A DNA stretch of 54,028 bases from a virus (taxonomy: Duplodnaviria; Caudoviricetes). The stretch's first letter is position 1, and each line of letters starts with the position of its first letter. The notes beneath the pieces are model-generated. The model saw nothing but the letters and a program-made list of their open reading frames with translations, ran no database searches and was not told the DNA's origin. The translations under genes and the position numbers were made by a program. Positions 1-9,096 of the stretch are shown here, piece after piece. Location of the stretch: positions 1-54,028 of the IMG/VR virus record IMGVR_UViG_3300006754_000024; one strand, 5' to 3'.

Positions 1-2
1 AC

Positions 3-251
3 GAATGGACTACCAAGCAGTACGGAGACGCTGTACTGGACACTCCTGTTTCCAGCCATCTGTCTCACCTGGTTCTCGATCTCAATGAGGGATCGTGGAG
101 CCTCGAGACGGAGATGAGAGGCGGTAAGCTCGCGGAGATTAAGCTCGTGAACGCGAGCGCTCCGAAGAAGGCCGCTCCGAAGAAGGCTGCTGCTCCGAAG
201 AAGGCCGCTCCGAAGCGAGCTCCAGCAAAGGCAAAGGGAGCAAAGAAATGA
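3..251 (+). CDS. 5'-truncated protein with a histone H1-like Lys/Ala/Pro C-terminal tail
   Basis: Frame open from nt 3 to TGA 249-251 (not in the ORF track), ending APKKAAPKKAAAPKKAAPKRAPAKAKGAKK; stop overlaps the next ATG. Confidence 0.75.
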   Translation, partial: EWTTKQYGDAVLDTPVSSHLSHLVLDLNEGSWSLETEMRGGKLAEIKLVNASAPKKAAPKKAAAPKKAAPKRAPAKAKGAKK

Positions 252-547
252 GTTTTCCAGTAGTCACCACCGAAGGCTTTCGAGCTCTCGCCAAAGACTC
301 GAAAGGCCGGAATCGAGGCCCCACAGACAAGCTCCTCGAGGTAATCGATCCGGAAGGAAATCATGTGGGATCTTTCTCCATGATTCACAACGATTGCGAG
401 CTCCGTTTCCAATGGTTCGTCAAGATCAAGGACCAGTCCGAACCGGTGAAAATCTGGATGGACAATAGCTTCGAGGCGGTTGATCGGTGGGTGCAATACC
501 CGAGTTCATCCGGGACCAGGACCGTATACCGATCCGAAACAGAGTAG
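248..547 (+). CDS. Hypothetical protein
   Basis: 99 aa; ATGA-coupled to the upstream gene. Confidence 0.6.
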   Translation: MSFPVVTTEGFRALAKDSKGRNRGPTDKLLEVIDPEGNHVGSFSMIHNDCELRFQWFVKIKDQSEPVKIWMDNSFEAVDRWVQYPSSSGTRTVYRSETE

Positions 548-615
548 GGAACCCACGACGAGCTCGAATCAGTTATACTGGTGTCGAGTGTGGAACGGAC
601 CCAAAGGAGAGCGCG

Positions 616-1143
616 ATGCGCAGCTCTATGGGCGTAGACCTATTCGGCACACCTCTCGGTGGTCTCGGCATGTTCTCCGCGCTGAAGAATGCCGGAACCG
701 GCACCTATGGACAATTCGGAGAAGTGTTTGCGAAAACACTTCGATTCGGAATGATCGACAACGGGATCGTGGTCCTGTCTGGATTCGCGGGAAACCGTCT
801 CGAAGACAAGATCGCGAAGCTCACCGGAATCAAGGGTATCGGAACCATCCTGGGCGCAGCCGTAGGGAATGCGATTAGCGACGGAGTCGCCGGTCTTCCT
901 GAAGGCAAAGAGGCGGCAAAGGGTTACTTTTTTGGTGCTCTCCTTCCGATTGCTCCGCTCGGAGCGGCGATTATTTACGCCAAAGCAAAGGGACAAAAGG
1001 GAGACCTGAGCAAAGAGACGAAGATGATGGTGGGCGGCTTGACGGCCGCTATGATAGCCTTCGCTGTGTTCCGACGAAGCCGGAACCGTAAGGCTGTAAA
1101 TCCCCAAGCAGCAGCCCCTCCTCCTCCTTCACCTACTACTTAG
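616..1143 (+). CDS. Multi-pass membrane protein, probably virion-associated
   Basis: RBS AAGGAG ~604-609 before ATG 616; several Gly/Ala hydrophobic helices; C-terminal TM followed by RRSRNRK. Confidence 0.7.
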   Translation: MRSSMGVDLFGTPLGGLGMFSALKNAGTGTYGQFGEVFAKTLRFGMIDNGIVVLSGFAGNRLEDKIAKLTGIKGIGTILGAAVGNAISDGVAGLPEGKEAAKGYFFGALLPIAPLGAAIIYAKAKGQKGDLSKETKMMVGGLTAAMIAFAVFRRSRNRKAVNPQAAAPPPPSPTT

Positions 1144-1152
1144 AGGCACCTA

Positions 1153-1446
1153 ATGGGAAAGAAACAAGTAGAAGAGCATATCGGTAACCTTCGAGATGCG
1201 CTGCCTGACTACAGTCGAGCACAAATCGACCAGTACATGGCCATCGTCGGCGGTATCCTTGCCGCCCTGCCTGGTGGAGATAGTTTCGAGGACGTTGGAT
1301 ATGAGCCCTTTGAGCATATCAATTGGCGCGAGATGGACTTGATTGCCAAGGCATTGAACAGTATCGACTCAAGTATGGACGTGGAACACGCCTATGAAAT
1401 CCTCATCGGCCAGGACATGGAAGACGAAGAAGAGGATTGGGACTGA
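1153..1446 (+). CDS. Acidic hypothetical protein
   Basis: GAGG RBS; 97 aa ending EDEEEDWD. Confidence 0.7.
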   Translation: MGKKQVEEHIGNLRDALPDYSRAQIDQYMAIVGGILAALPGGDSFEDVGYEPFEHINWREMDLIAKALNSIDSSMDVEHAYEILIGQDMEDEEEDWD

Positions 1447-2108
1447 TGGGATTCTCAGTAAAAGAGCTCGCTCATGCTATCCACCAGCTGAATCTCGACG
1501 AGGCTCTCGGCCTCGATAACGAGGAAGTCGAGGAGCTCGCGGAAGAAGCTGCGAGCTCCGATATGGGATTCAGGACGGATGCGGTCCAGATTGACCTGGG
1601 ATCCGCCGAATACATTCTCACCAAGGATGGCGCAGGCCTGGCCGAAGAATACGTGAAACAGACTTTAGAGGAGGAGCCCGAGCTCTTCACTCAGAGCTGG
1701 CTCCAGCACTATATGTATATGCGGGACATGGATAAGCGAATTTTGGCCGGAGAGCTCGCGGAATCGGTCCACGACCTGGACGATGAAGACGCTCTCGAGC
1801 GTGCAGAGATGGGAGAGGATGAGGATCCGGAGGAGGCCCGCGAGAAACTCTATGACGAGTACTATGAGGATTATCTTTCGGAGCTCAATAATGACGCCGT
1901 GGGATACCTCATGGGCGAATTCGGCTGGGAGCTCAGCGACCTAATCGAGAAGGGACTTATCGTTCTGGACGAAGAGAAGGCCGCCACCGATGCTGTGGCA
2001 ACCGATGGAGCCGCGCATTTTCTGTCTTCTTATGACGGTAATCAGATCGACCTCGAACGAATCGTCGGAGCTCGAGGCGAGGGGTTCGAGGCCTACCGAA
2101 CGAACTGA
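1446..2108 (+). CDS. Highly acidic protein (DNA-mimic candidate)
   Basis: TGATG coupling; about a quarter D/E by hand count; C-terminal DGAAHFLSSYDG motif. Confidence 0.7.
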   Translation: MGFSVKELAHAIHQLNLDEALGLDNEEVEELAEEAASSDMGFRTDAVQIDLGSAEYILTKDGAGLAEEYVKQTLEEEPELFTQSWLQHYMYMRDMDKRILAGELAESVHDLDDEDALERAEMGEDEDPEEAREKLYDEYYEDYLSELNNDAVGYLMGEFGWELSDLIEKGLIVLDEEKAATDAVATDGAAHFLSSYDGNQIDLERIVGARGEGFEAYRTN

Positions 2109-2112
2109 GTAG

Positions 2113-2799
2113 ATGGCCTCATCTGCCCGGAATATCGTCGCGGCCTACCCCCAGGCCGGGATGGACCTGGCTCGAGAGATCGTGGCAGTCTCCGGACGTT
2201 TGGGAATACCGGACCCCGGATGGCTCGCTAATCTCATCAACTTCGAGACAGCTGGGACGTTCTCCCCCTCCGTTCAGAATCCCCATACCCGTGCGACGGG
2301 ACTGATCCAGTTCGTTCCCCCCACTGCCGAAGGAATGGGAACATCGGTCGAAGAGCTCGCGACAATGTCGAAGCTCGAACAAATGGATTGGGTTGAGGCC
2401 TATCTCGAGAGGAAGATATCTGGTAGCCGAAACCTCTCCCAACCCACTGATCTCTACATGGCTGTGTTTTTTCCCGTTGCCATGGGCCAGGGAGAGGACT
2501 TCGACATCTACGACTGGTACGTGGAGAACCGAGGGCAGAGCCGAGCCGACCAATACCTCAGACAGAACAATGGAATCCGAACGGCCGGCGACTATGCTCG
2601 GAAAGCGAACGAAAGGTCTAAGCTCCCCACAGGACTCAGCGGAGCTCGGCTCGCTGGGCTCGGCGGTTCCGGTACCCCCTGGTGGGCCTGGGGAATCGCG
2701 TTGCTGGCTACGGTGGCGCTCATTCAGCAGGTATACAATCTGAAGCAAAGGCGGAGGCGGGAACACACCAGAGAAACCTGGGACCGCCTCTCTCGATGA
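2113..2799 (+). CDS. Lytic transglycosylase/lysozyme-like muralytic enzyme with a C-terminal membrane anchor
   Basis: INFETAGTFSP (catalytic Glu) and ATGLIQF motifs of the lysozyme superfamily; C-terminal PWWAWGIALLATVALI plus KQRRRR. Confidence 0.8.
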   Translation: MASSARNIVAAYPQAGMDLAREIVAVSGRLGIPDPGWLANLINFETAGTFSPSVQNPHTRATGLIQFVPPTAEGMGTSVEELATMSKLEQMDWVEAYLERKISGSRNLSQPTDLYMAVFFPVAMGQGEDFDIYDWYVENRGQSRADQYLRQNNGIRTAGDYARKANERSKLPTGLSGARLAGLGGSGTPWWAWGIALLATVALIQQVYNLKQRRRREHTRETWDRLSR

Positions 2800-2975
2800 A
2801 GGCGGGTTCCACCTGGTTACGGGAACGGATCCGGTCCCTTAAAGCAGATGCTCCCCCATGGTGGGTTTGGGTAATTGCTCCCGTGGGCCTGGTGGCCGCT
2901 GTGATGATGGTAAGGAGGGCCGCTCGAAAGAGAAAGATACTCTCAGGTATTGACGAGCCAACTCCAAACGTGTAA
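2796..2975 (+). CDS. Small single-TM membrane protein
   Basis: ATGA overlap; PPWWVWVIAPVGLVAAVMMV plus RRAARKRK, similar to the anchor of the upstream gene. Confidence 0.65.
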   Translation: MKAGSTWLRERIRSLKADAPPWWVWVIAPVGLVAAVMMVRRAARKRKILSGIDEPTPNV

Positions 2976-3014
2976 TCCTCTCCTGGTCCTCACAGAAGGA
3001 ACAAAGGAGAAACG

Positions 3015-3269
3015 ATGTCCGATATGAAGCTCAATCATCCCTTACTCGTCCTAAGCCTCACCCATGGAATGGGGAAAATGCGGTCTCTCACCGATCCGTC
3101 GGTATGGGGGAACCCTAAACACGACGCTTTTCTGGGATTCATCGAATGGGACGCGCCCAAGCAGGAGGCGGCCGGATGGTACGAGCTCGGCAAAGGTGCG
3201 GACATCCATATCGTCGATAAGGGCCGACTCCGCTCCGTCCTATTCCAGATGTCAGGGGGCCAGGCATGA
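3015..3269 (+). CDS. Hypothetical protein
   Basis: AAGGAG RBS; coupled to the methyltransferase gene. Confidence 0.65.
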   Translation: MSDMKLNHPLLVLSLTHGMGKMRSLTDPSVWGNPKHDAFLGFIEWDAPKQEAAGWYELGKGADIHIVDKGRLRSVLFQMSGGQA

Positions 3270-3796
3270 GTACGGCCTGGCGCACGTTGTTTCGTTCGGA
3301 GGACCAGGCGTGGAGGACTCCCGCGTGGCTCTTCGACGAGCTCGACTCGGTTTGCGACTTCGAGCTCGACGCCAGTGCCCATCCCGACAACGCGCTATGC
3401 ACTGAGTATCTCACCGAGGAAGATGATGCTCTCGCACGGGACAGCTGGCCAGGCGAGCGGATCTGGCTCAACCCTCCGTATGGGCGTCAAGTAGGCCTCT
3501 TTGTATCCAAAGCATGGGAGCAGTCGGAGCTCTACGGGAAACGAGTCGCGGTGTTGATCTTCGCTCGGACGGATACGGCCTGGTGGCAGGACTTCGCGAT
3601 GCGAGCTCGAGCCATTTTTCTGATACGCGGCCGGCTCCGGTTCCACAAGGCAGACGGAGAGAGGCACGCGGCACCGGCTCCCTCGGCACTTCTGATCTTT
3701 GGTCCGAGCACGGGAGAGCCTACCCAATTCTATGCCTTCGATCGACGCAACCCGGAGGAGTGGAAGAAGAGCCTAAGACAGCACTTTCGAGGTTGA
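3266..3796 (+). CDS. Phage-type DNA N6-adenine methyltransferase (Dam-like)
   Basis: WRTP, FELDASA, WLNPPYG (NPPY catalytic motif), ARTDTAWW, RGRLRF. Confidence 0.9.
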   Translation: MSTAWRTLFRSEDQAWRTPAWLFDELDSVCDFELDASAHPDNALCTEYLTEEDDALARDSWPGERIWLNPPYGRQVGLFVSKAWEQSELYGKRVAVLIFARTDTAWWQDFAMRARAIFLIRGRLRFHKADGERHAAPAPSALLIFGPSTGEPTQFYAFDRRNPEEWKKSLRQHFRG

Positions 3797-3858
3797 TAAC
3801 TTAACCTGATCGTGTAACTATACAGTTAAGCGCCAAAGATGCGCTCAAAGGAGTACCA

Positions 3859-4044
3859 ATGAAAAAGATAGAGCTCCATATCTCGGACGCCGCATTCAAG
3901 CGGATCCGTTCCGAGACCATGGTTCGTTACATGGCTAACTGCGGCGAAGTTCAGGATCTCCTGCACGGGCTGTGTCTCCGGGTTGTCCGGGCCAAAGAAG
4001 GAGAGCCGGTTGTGATTCGGCTGAAGAAGGAGGTCGAAAAATGA
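3859..4044 (+). CDS. Small hypothetical protein (possible DNA-binding)
   Basis: AAGGAG RBS; 61 aa; follows an AT-rich intergenic stretch. Confidence 0.6.
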   Translation: MKKIELHISDAAFKRIRSETMVRYMANCGEVQDLLHGLCLRVVRAKEGEPVVIRLKKEVEK

Positions 4045-4463
4045 TCTCTCTTCTTCAATGCCAGGCCATCCTTCCCGTGGCCGGGAGAGCCACCGAGTCT
4101 CTCTTCCCAAAGGCTGAGCGTTTGCTCCGCAAAGACGAGATTCGTTCCCTGCTATGGGACGGTTACGATCTCCGTTCCTGCGTCGGCGAGTTCGAGTCGG
4201 AAATGGACTGCCTGGTTGTCGAGACTTTCTCTTTCTGGCGCTCCGCATGCCAGGCATTCTACCGCGACGAGGGGCCTCCGCTGAGAGAGCTCGTCTCTCC
4301 CACGGAGGCTCTCGCCTATGACTCGTTTCTGGTTCGCTGTATCGAGCTCGCTCAGATTCTATGCGAGTCCACCTGGCCCGTGGGAGGGAAGCCCGCGAAC
4401 AACTGGCCAGAACTCATCTGCGCAGTCCTCGAGGCCGCGTCTAAACATTCACCGAGCTCGTAG
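4041..4463 (+). CDS. Hypothetical protein
   Basis: AAGGAGG RBS; ATGA overlap at 4041. Confidence 0.6.
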   Translation: MISLLQCQAILPVAGRATESLFPKAERLLRKDEIRSLLWDGYDLRSCVGEFESEMDCLVVETFSFWRSACQAFYRDEGPPLRELVSPTEALAYDSFLVRCIELAQILCESTWPVGGKPANNWPELICAVLEAASKHSPSS

Positions 4464-4504
4464 AGCTCACACCGCACCCAATAGGGTGACAAAGGAAGAG
4501 AAAA

Positions 4505-5281
4505 ATGGGACTTATGCTCCACGCGGGCGGAAAAGCCGTCACACGAGAGGTGGTAGATGCCATCCCTTTACCCGAGAAAACCGACACGTATTGTCCAGTA
4601 CCTCACGGATGGATGCTCGATAAGACGCTCGACGCATGCGAGAAACACCTTCCCGTGAGGCTCCGAAAGGCCGAGTATGGCCTCAACATGGGAGGGAACC
4701 AGCTCTTCGCCGTTCTCTATTTCGAGGCCCTCAAACAAGATGCCGACCTCTCTCTCGTTATCGGTTGCCGAAACAGCTACAACAAGACCCTAACTGGAGC
4801 AGTGTGCGGCGGAGCTGGGGCCTTTGTGTGCGACAATCTGGCATTTAGCGGAGATAGCTTCACCTTTTTCCGGCGGCACACTCCGAACGCGCTCCAGGAC
4901 CTCGAGAAGCTCATCGACGATGGAGTCGGCATCTGTTGGGATCAGTTCTGTAAGACAGAAGCCCAGCTCGAGACATTCAACCAGGTGGAAATGAAAGACG
5001 ATGATGTCTTTGCCGCTCTCGGCGTAATGACGTGTCGGGGTTTGATTGGCTCCACTGAGATGAATCGAGCTCGTCGATATTGGGAGAAGCCCCCCCACGA
5101 GGAACACGAGGGACGGAATCTTTTCAGTTTCTACCAGTCTGTGAACCATGCTCTCAAGGGCGCAGCAGCTAATCGAGTGATGAAGGCACACTCCGATCTC
5201 CATCGGTTCGCCGTCGACCTGCAACAAGTCGATGGTAACGTGTGGGCGATTCCTGGCGAAGCCGTAGCCCTGGCTAAATAG
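4505..5281 (+). CDS. DUF932-like phage/plasmid protein
   Basis: PVPH near the N-terminus, IGCRNSYNKT, FVCDNLAFSG, RRHT: typical DUF932/945 pattern. Confidence 0.75.
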   Translation: MGLMLHAGGKAVTREVVDAIPLPEKTDTYCPVPHGWMLDKTLDACEKHLPVRLRKAEYGLNMGGNQLFAVLYFEALKQDADLSLVIGCRNSYNKTLTGAVCGGAGAFVCDNLAFSGDSFTFFRRHTPNALQDLEKLIDDGVGICWDQFCKTEAQLETFNQVEMKDDDVFAALGVMTCRGLIGSTEMNRARRYWEKPPHEEHEGRNLFSFYQSVNHALKGAAANRVMKAHSDLHRFAVDLQQVDGNVWAIPGEAVALAK

Positions 5282-5288
5282 GCCAGGT

Positions 5289-5318
5289 GGGGAGGGGGCA
5301 TGTTTCCCCCTCCCCTTT
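5289..5318 (+). terminator. Probable intrinsic terminator hairpin
   Basis: Perfect 10-bp stem GGGGAGGGGG/CCCCCTCCCC, 7-nt loop, then TTT, just after the stop at 5281. Confidence 0.6.
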
Positions 5319-5332
5319 ACCTCGAGGAAACC

Positions 5333-5548
5333 ATGGAAAAACGAATTCAAACTCTGAAGCGGCTCCTGAGAGAGCTCGGAAAGATCCACGCGAGCCTGTC
5401 TGCTACCAAAGAAGAATGTAGTGGATGTGGAGCTCAGAGGTATCTCTCCTGGGACGAGGCGCAAGCCAAGAAAGCCGTAGAAGGAGCTATCACCCGTGTC
5501 GACAGAGCGACCGACCATTTGATGTCGCTCGAGAGGAAGACCGAATGA
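5333..5548 (+). CDS. Small CxxC-containing hypothetical protein
   Basis: GAGG RBS before ATG 5333; ECSGCG. Confidence 0.6.
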   Translation: MEKRIQTLKRLLRELGKIHASLSATKEECSGCGAQRYLSWDEAQAKKAVEGAITRVDRATDHLMSLERKTE

Positions 5549-5850
5549 ACAAAGTAGTGCCTTCAGAAGTGATCACCTGGTTCGCCGATCAGGAGTGCGA
5601 AGCGTTGAGGCTGGAGCCAGCCGAATTCTATGATCCCCACATCGTGGGCGTCGCGTACCGATTCGGGGTAGGCCCAGTTATCGCCTACGATATGGATGGG
5701 ATTATCAACTCGATGGTGAAAAAGGACGGCATGTCCTACTCATCGGCCGAAGAGTATTTCCATTTCAACACGCTCGGAGCCTGGGTAGGAGAAGGGACTC
5801 CCATCTTCATTGAGAACCCTTCCTACTTTATGCCAGACGCCGAAGACTGA
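5545..5850 (+). CDS. Conserved phage hypothetical protein
   Basis: AYD...DGMS..SAEEYFHFNTLGAWVGEGTPIF, a pattern I recall from many phage genomes. Confidence 0.7.
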   Translation: MNKVVPSEVITWFADQECEALRLEPAEFYDPHIVGVAYRFGVGPVIAYDMDGIINSMVKKDGMSYSSAEEYFHFNTLGAWVGEGTPIFIENPSYFMPDAED

Positions 5851-6395
5851 ACGAGCTCTACATCATCTGGAGCTCGCTCAAAGTCTACGATCTCCCCCGC
5901 CCTAACCAGGTGGGGGATCACTTTTGGGCAGAGCTCGAGTACGGCCTCGAGGTTTTCGGGCGTGTCATCGTATAGGTGAACCTCCTCCCAATCCTCGCAG
6001 ATCCCGGCCACAAACTCGGCTTTCCTTGCCGCTGTACCCTCTGCCTCCCCTTTCCATTTTCGTCCAGAGGTGCTGACTACGTCGATGAGCCGATCGAGAG
6101 CTCCGTTCACTGCTGGATCGGATGCGTTCTCTTCCAGCCAGGCCAAGACTGCTCCCAAGACTCGGCCAGTCAAGATCCAGTGCTCCCCCTTAGTCGAGCT
6201 CATGGCGGACCAGTTAGAGCTGATGGCGGGAGTCAACAAGGCCGCGTGAGTCGAGACGTTCTCGTCGTGCCACCACTCCTCTCGCTTAATGTCCGGATAG
6301 TCCGCGTACAGCTGCTCAGCCACCTTACGAGACGCCACCAGAGTATCGTCGAAGTCCCACAGGTTGAGCCTGGTCTCCTTCTCACGCCTGGGCAT
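5823..6395 (-). CDS. HAD-superfamily phosphatase (RNA-repair/PNKP-type HAD)
   Basis: WDFDDTL (DxD), LTGR, K and YDD motifs. Confidence 0.8.
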   Translation of the reverse strand: MPRREKETRLNLWDFDDTLVASRKVAEQLYADYPDIKREEWWHDENVSTHAALLTPAISSNWSAMSSTKGEHWILTGRVLGAVLAWLEENASDPAVNGALDRLIDVVSTSGRKWKGEAEGTAARKAEFVAGICEDWEEVHLYDDTPENLEAVLELCPKVIPHLVRAGEIVDFERAPDDVELVQSSASGIK

Positions 6396-7287
6396 CGTCG
6401 ACTCCGAAAGGCCAGTTAAGCAGGGTGAAGCTGAACCGGTCTCCCCATACCTCTTGAGTAGAGTCCAGAAAGTCCAAGAGCTCGTTGTATTCTCCGGCGT
6501 CCCTGATCACAACGCAGCCGGCCGAATAGAAACCCACGTCATCCACGAGGCGATGGGCAGAGGCACGATGCAAATTAATCCCGTAGAAACCTGGGATCGG
6601 ATCGTGGCTCCCCACGTCAATTTTAGAATCCCGCGAATTGTCACGCCATACCGACACCTTATTTCCATGCTGGATCAAAGCTCTGTATTTTCCACGATGA
6701 AAGCCGAAGACCCAGCATCCTCGATGTTGTCCAGTCGCCAACACTGCGCACCCATCCTCTCTCGAGGGATTCTCGAGCCAGGGGATACCCGGATCGGTGG
6801 TCCCACGGTACATATCCATCTGGAGCTCACCGAATTCGTCTTCATAGAGGCATCCGATGAGATCGTTCCATTCGTTCGCATCCTCGAGGATCCGTATTCC
6901 GAAAAGGTTTGGATTGTACTGGCCCCTAAAGAACTCGAATCCCATCCGCTCGATCTCTGCCTTTACCTGGTGAGGAGAGAGCAGGAGGGGGCGCCGAGGC
7001 AGTTCGTAGCTTTCCATGGGGGGATCCTCGAATGGGTTTGGGCCTGGTGTTTCCGGAACGGGGAGGGTGGCACCACAGGAGACGCAGTCGAGCTCTCCAG
7101 AAGAAGGATCGAGACGCTGGTTTTCCGGGTCTTCGCAGCAGCTCCCTTCTTCGATGTCGGGACAGAGCTCGAGAGCCGGTTCTGGGGAGCCAGGCCTTTT
7201 ATCTTCGAGCTGAGACGGAGCTCGGAACTCCCATCCGAAATATCTAACGACAAAGGTCTTGAACCACTTGATAAAGTTCTGCATCAT
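6382..7287 (-). CDS. L,D-transpeptidase-fold (YkuD-like) putative peptidoglycan enzyme
   Basis: TTDPG, GINLHRA...SAGC (His...SxGC catalytic motif); Cys-rich N-terminal extension. Confidence 0.65.
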   Translation of the reverse strand: MMQNFIKWFKTFVVRYFGWEFRAPSQLEDKRPGSPEPALELCPDIEEGSCCEDPENQRLDPSSGELDCVSCGATLPVPETPGPNPFEDPPMESYELPRRPLLLSPHQVKAEIERMGFEFFRGQYNPNLFGIRILEDANEWNDLIGCLYEDEFGELQMDMYRGTTDPGIPWLENPSREDGCAVLATGQHRGCWVFGFHRGKYRALIQHGNKVSVWRDNSRDSKIDVGSHDPIPGFYGINLHRASAHRLVDDVGFYSAGCVVIRDAGEYNELLDFLDSTQEVWGDRFSFTLLNWPFGVDDAQA

Positions 7288-7928
7288 CTACCCGAGATCG
7301 AAAAGTGCTGGTAGTCCTTGGCTCCCTTCCAGTCTCCGCCCCATTTCCAGCCGTTCCGAGCAAATACCTCCGCAATTTCAGGGGTAATGCTCCCCTTCAC
7401 CCGGATAGAGCGATCGGCATACCTCGCGCCTTCGACTGGCTGAACGCTGCCGCCAGCCGAGACGTATGGGTTCACCAAGGGATTGATGTCTATAGCGGTG
7501 CCCTTACTGTGTTCGGACCAGCTGGAGCTACCGGAAACCTTCCGGCAGTTAAACGCCGAAGTGTTGTTCGCTCTCATCGACGCCGCGTCGTTACCTCCGT
7601 ATTTCAGGACCGGATTTACCTTGTCGATACGAAACCCTCTTCCGTGGAGCTCGCGAAATGCGTTCACCAGGCTGTCCGCCGAGTCGGTTGCGACGATCAC
7701 TTTTCCCACCGAGTTCAGCCCGAGATTGTTTCGATAGGTGATCTTAACCATAGAGAGCTCGTCGAGTCCTACAGGACAACCTTCCCGCCAGGTTACCCCA
7801 CGCATGCGTTCTCTTACTGAGTCTGGAATCCGGTCCACGGACGAAACGAACGGACCGAAACGCCGATAGGCCAGGTAGCCACCACCACCAAGGATAGAAA
7901 GACCAAGTAGGAAACGAAATATCCTCAC
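7284..7928 (-). CDS. M15-family zinc peptidase (cell-wall peptidase) with an N-terminal signal anchor
   Basis: FNCR, SEHSKGTAIDINP, WGGDW, DYQHF; GTG start 7928 with GGGGAG RBS; N-terminal FLLGLSILGGGGYLAY. Confidence 0.85.
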   Translation of the reverse strand: MRIFRFLLGLSILGGGGYLAYRRFGPFVSSVDRIPDSVRERMRGVTWREGCPVGLDELSMVKITYRNNLGLNSVGKVIVATDSADSLVNAFRELHGRGFRIDKVNPVLKYGGNDAASMRANNTSAFNCRKVSGSSSWSEHSKGTAIDINPLVNPYVSAGGSVQPVEGARYADRSIRVKGSITPEIAEVFARNGWKWGGDWKGAKDYQHFSISGR

Positions 7929-8476
7929 GGCTCCCCCATGAACTCGGCCATCGAACGACACATAAGCTCTCCGAGCTCCTCGCACAAGAGAGCCCGATTA
8001 TGTGGGTCTTGTGCGTAGAATTCCCAGTATTGTACCTCCTGCGGTCCCATCGAGGCGGAGATTTTCACGGACCCAAACATAGTGTCGGAAATGAAGGGTG
8101 AGATTAGACTTTGAACCAGCGAACGAGCCTGCTCGCGGTTCAGTCTCACCATGGTGGGCCGAATCAGCTTGGCCTGGTGGACTCTCTGTTCCTCGAGCTC
8201 CTGAGCGTATTTGAGAAACATATCGGGAGCGTTCGTCCTGCCGGCCATGAGATCCATCGCGTCTCGAGCAGCGTCCCAGAACCCAAGTCCCTGCCTCGAG
8301 GCCGGAGCCTCGAAGGGCACTCCAGGCTGAGGGGTGTCGGCCTGGTGGCCGATACCGGGCCATTCGTCCTCCATCTTTTGCATTAGTTTCCGTGCGTTTT
8401 TACGCTCCCCTTCTTCTCCTTTCTCGGCGTAGGCTTTGATCTTGAGGTAACGCTCGACAGCGGCCTGGGGAATCAT
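7925..8476 (-). CDS. Hypothetical protein with a DUF2786-like N-terminal helix
   Basis: ATGA-coupled start at 8476; YLKIKAYAEKGEEGERKNARKLM. Confidence 0.55.
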   Translation of the reverse strand: MIPQAAVERYLKIKAYAEKGEEGERKNARKLMQKMEDEWPGIGHQADTPQPGVPFEAPASRQGLGFWDAARDAMDLMAGRTNAPDMFLKYAQELEEQRVHQAKLIRPTMVRLNREQARSLVQSLISPFISDTMFGSVKISASMGPQEVQYWEFYAQDPHNRALLCEELGELMCRSMAEFMGEP

Positions 8477-8736
8477 ATCTGGCTCGAGCTCACGTCCAGG
8501 GGCTCGCCGAACTCTCCGCATTGAGGGCAGATGAGTCCTCCGTGATAGATTTTGGGACAGGCGATACATGCTCGAGCGAGCTTTTCCTGCCTGCGCTTCG
8601 AGATCGCCCTACGGATCGCGGAGCTCACAGAAGATCCTCCCGTCTGTCCAACCGATCGGTCCATGTTTTTGCAGAGTGCTGCCATCCTGTCGATCTCTTC
8701 GGCTACAGCCAAAAGAAGGGATTCAGTTTCGTCCAT
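8473..8736 (-). CDS. Small zinc-ribbon protein
   Basis: C-terminal CIAC...CPQCG; GAGG RBS. Confidence 0.6.
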   Translation of the reverse strand: MDETESLLLAVAEEIDRMAALCKNMDRSVGQTGGSSVSSAIRRAISKRRQEKLARACIACPKIYHGGLICPQCGEFGEPLDVSSSQI

Positions 8737-8808
8737 GTGTCCTCACCTTGGTCGGCGTGGGGGGGAGAGGGCCACCGAGCGTGCCCCCTTTTACCCCCGC
8801 CCACCCCG

Positions 8809-9096
8809 TTAAAGCAGAAAAACAGCCGCAGGAAGTAGGAGCTCGCGCTCGGTGTCGCCACCGACTCCAGCCGAGCGCCGAACCCGCTCTTTGTCGAGCG
8901 TGCCGGTAGCCAGGCGGGGGAGGCACCCTCGGCACACGAGATAGCTCTCGTGGCGCTGGGTCCTCCCGCTCACTACGGGATGGGTATTGATCATCATGGG
9001 AGAATCGTCGCCGCAGAACTCGCATTCGCAAATGTGGACCTGTCCGGGACCGAACACCTCCACGGCTCTTTCGTGATTAGCGTTTTCAATTTCCAC
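8809..9096 (-). CDS. Small zinc-finger protein
   Basis: CEFC...CRGC; overlaps the helicase stop. Confidence 0.55.
   Translation of the reverse strand: MEIENANHERAVEVFGPGQVHICECEFCGDDSPMMINTHPVVSGRTQRHESYLVCRGCLPRLATGTLDKERVRRSAGVGGDTERELLLPAAVFLL

Noticed and set aside
65-496. Minus-strand ORF with AAFFG repeats
   Set aside because: It is the antisense reading of the APKKA repeat; the plus frame is coupled to the next gene
3793-3832. AT-rich imperfect inverted repeat (CTTAAC...GTTAAG) as a dif/att site
   Set aside because: Poor match to dif arms; more simply a promoter or operator for the 3859 gene, and I cannot support either
8757-8805. G/C-rich imperfect hairpin between minus-strand genes
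   Set aside because: Stem has several mismatches and no clear U-tract, so it was not called as a terminator
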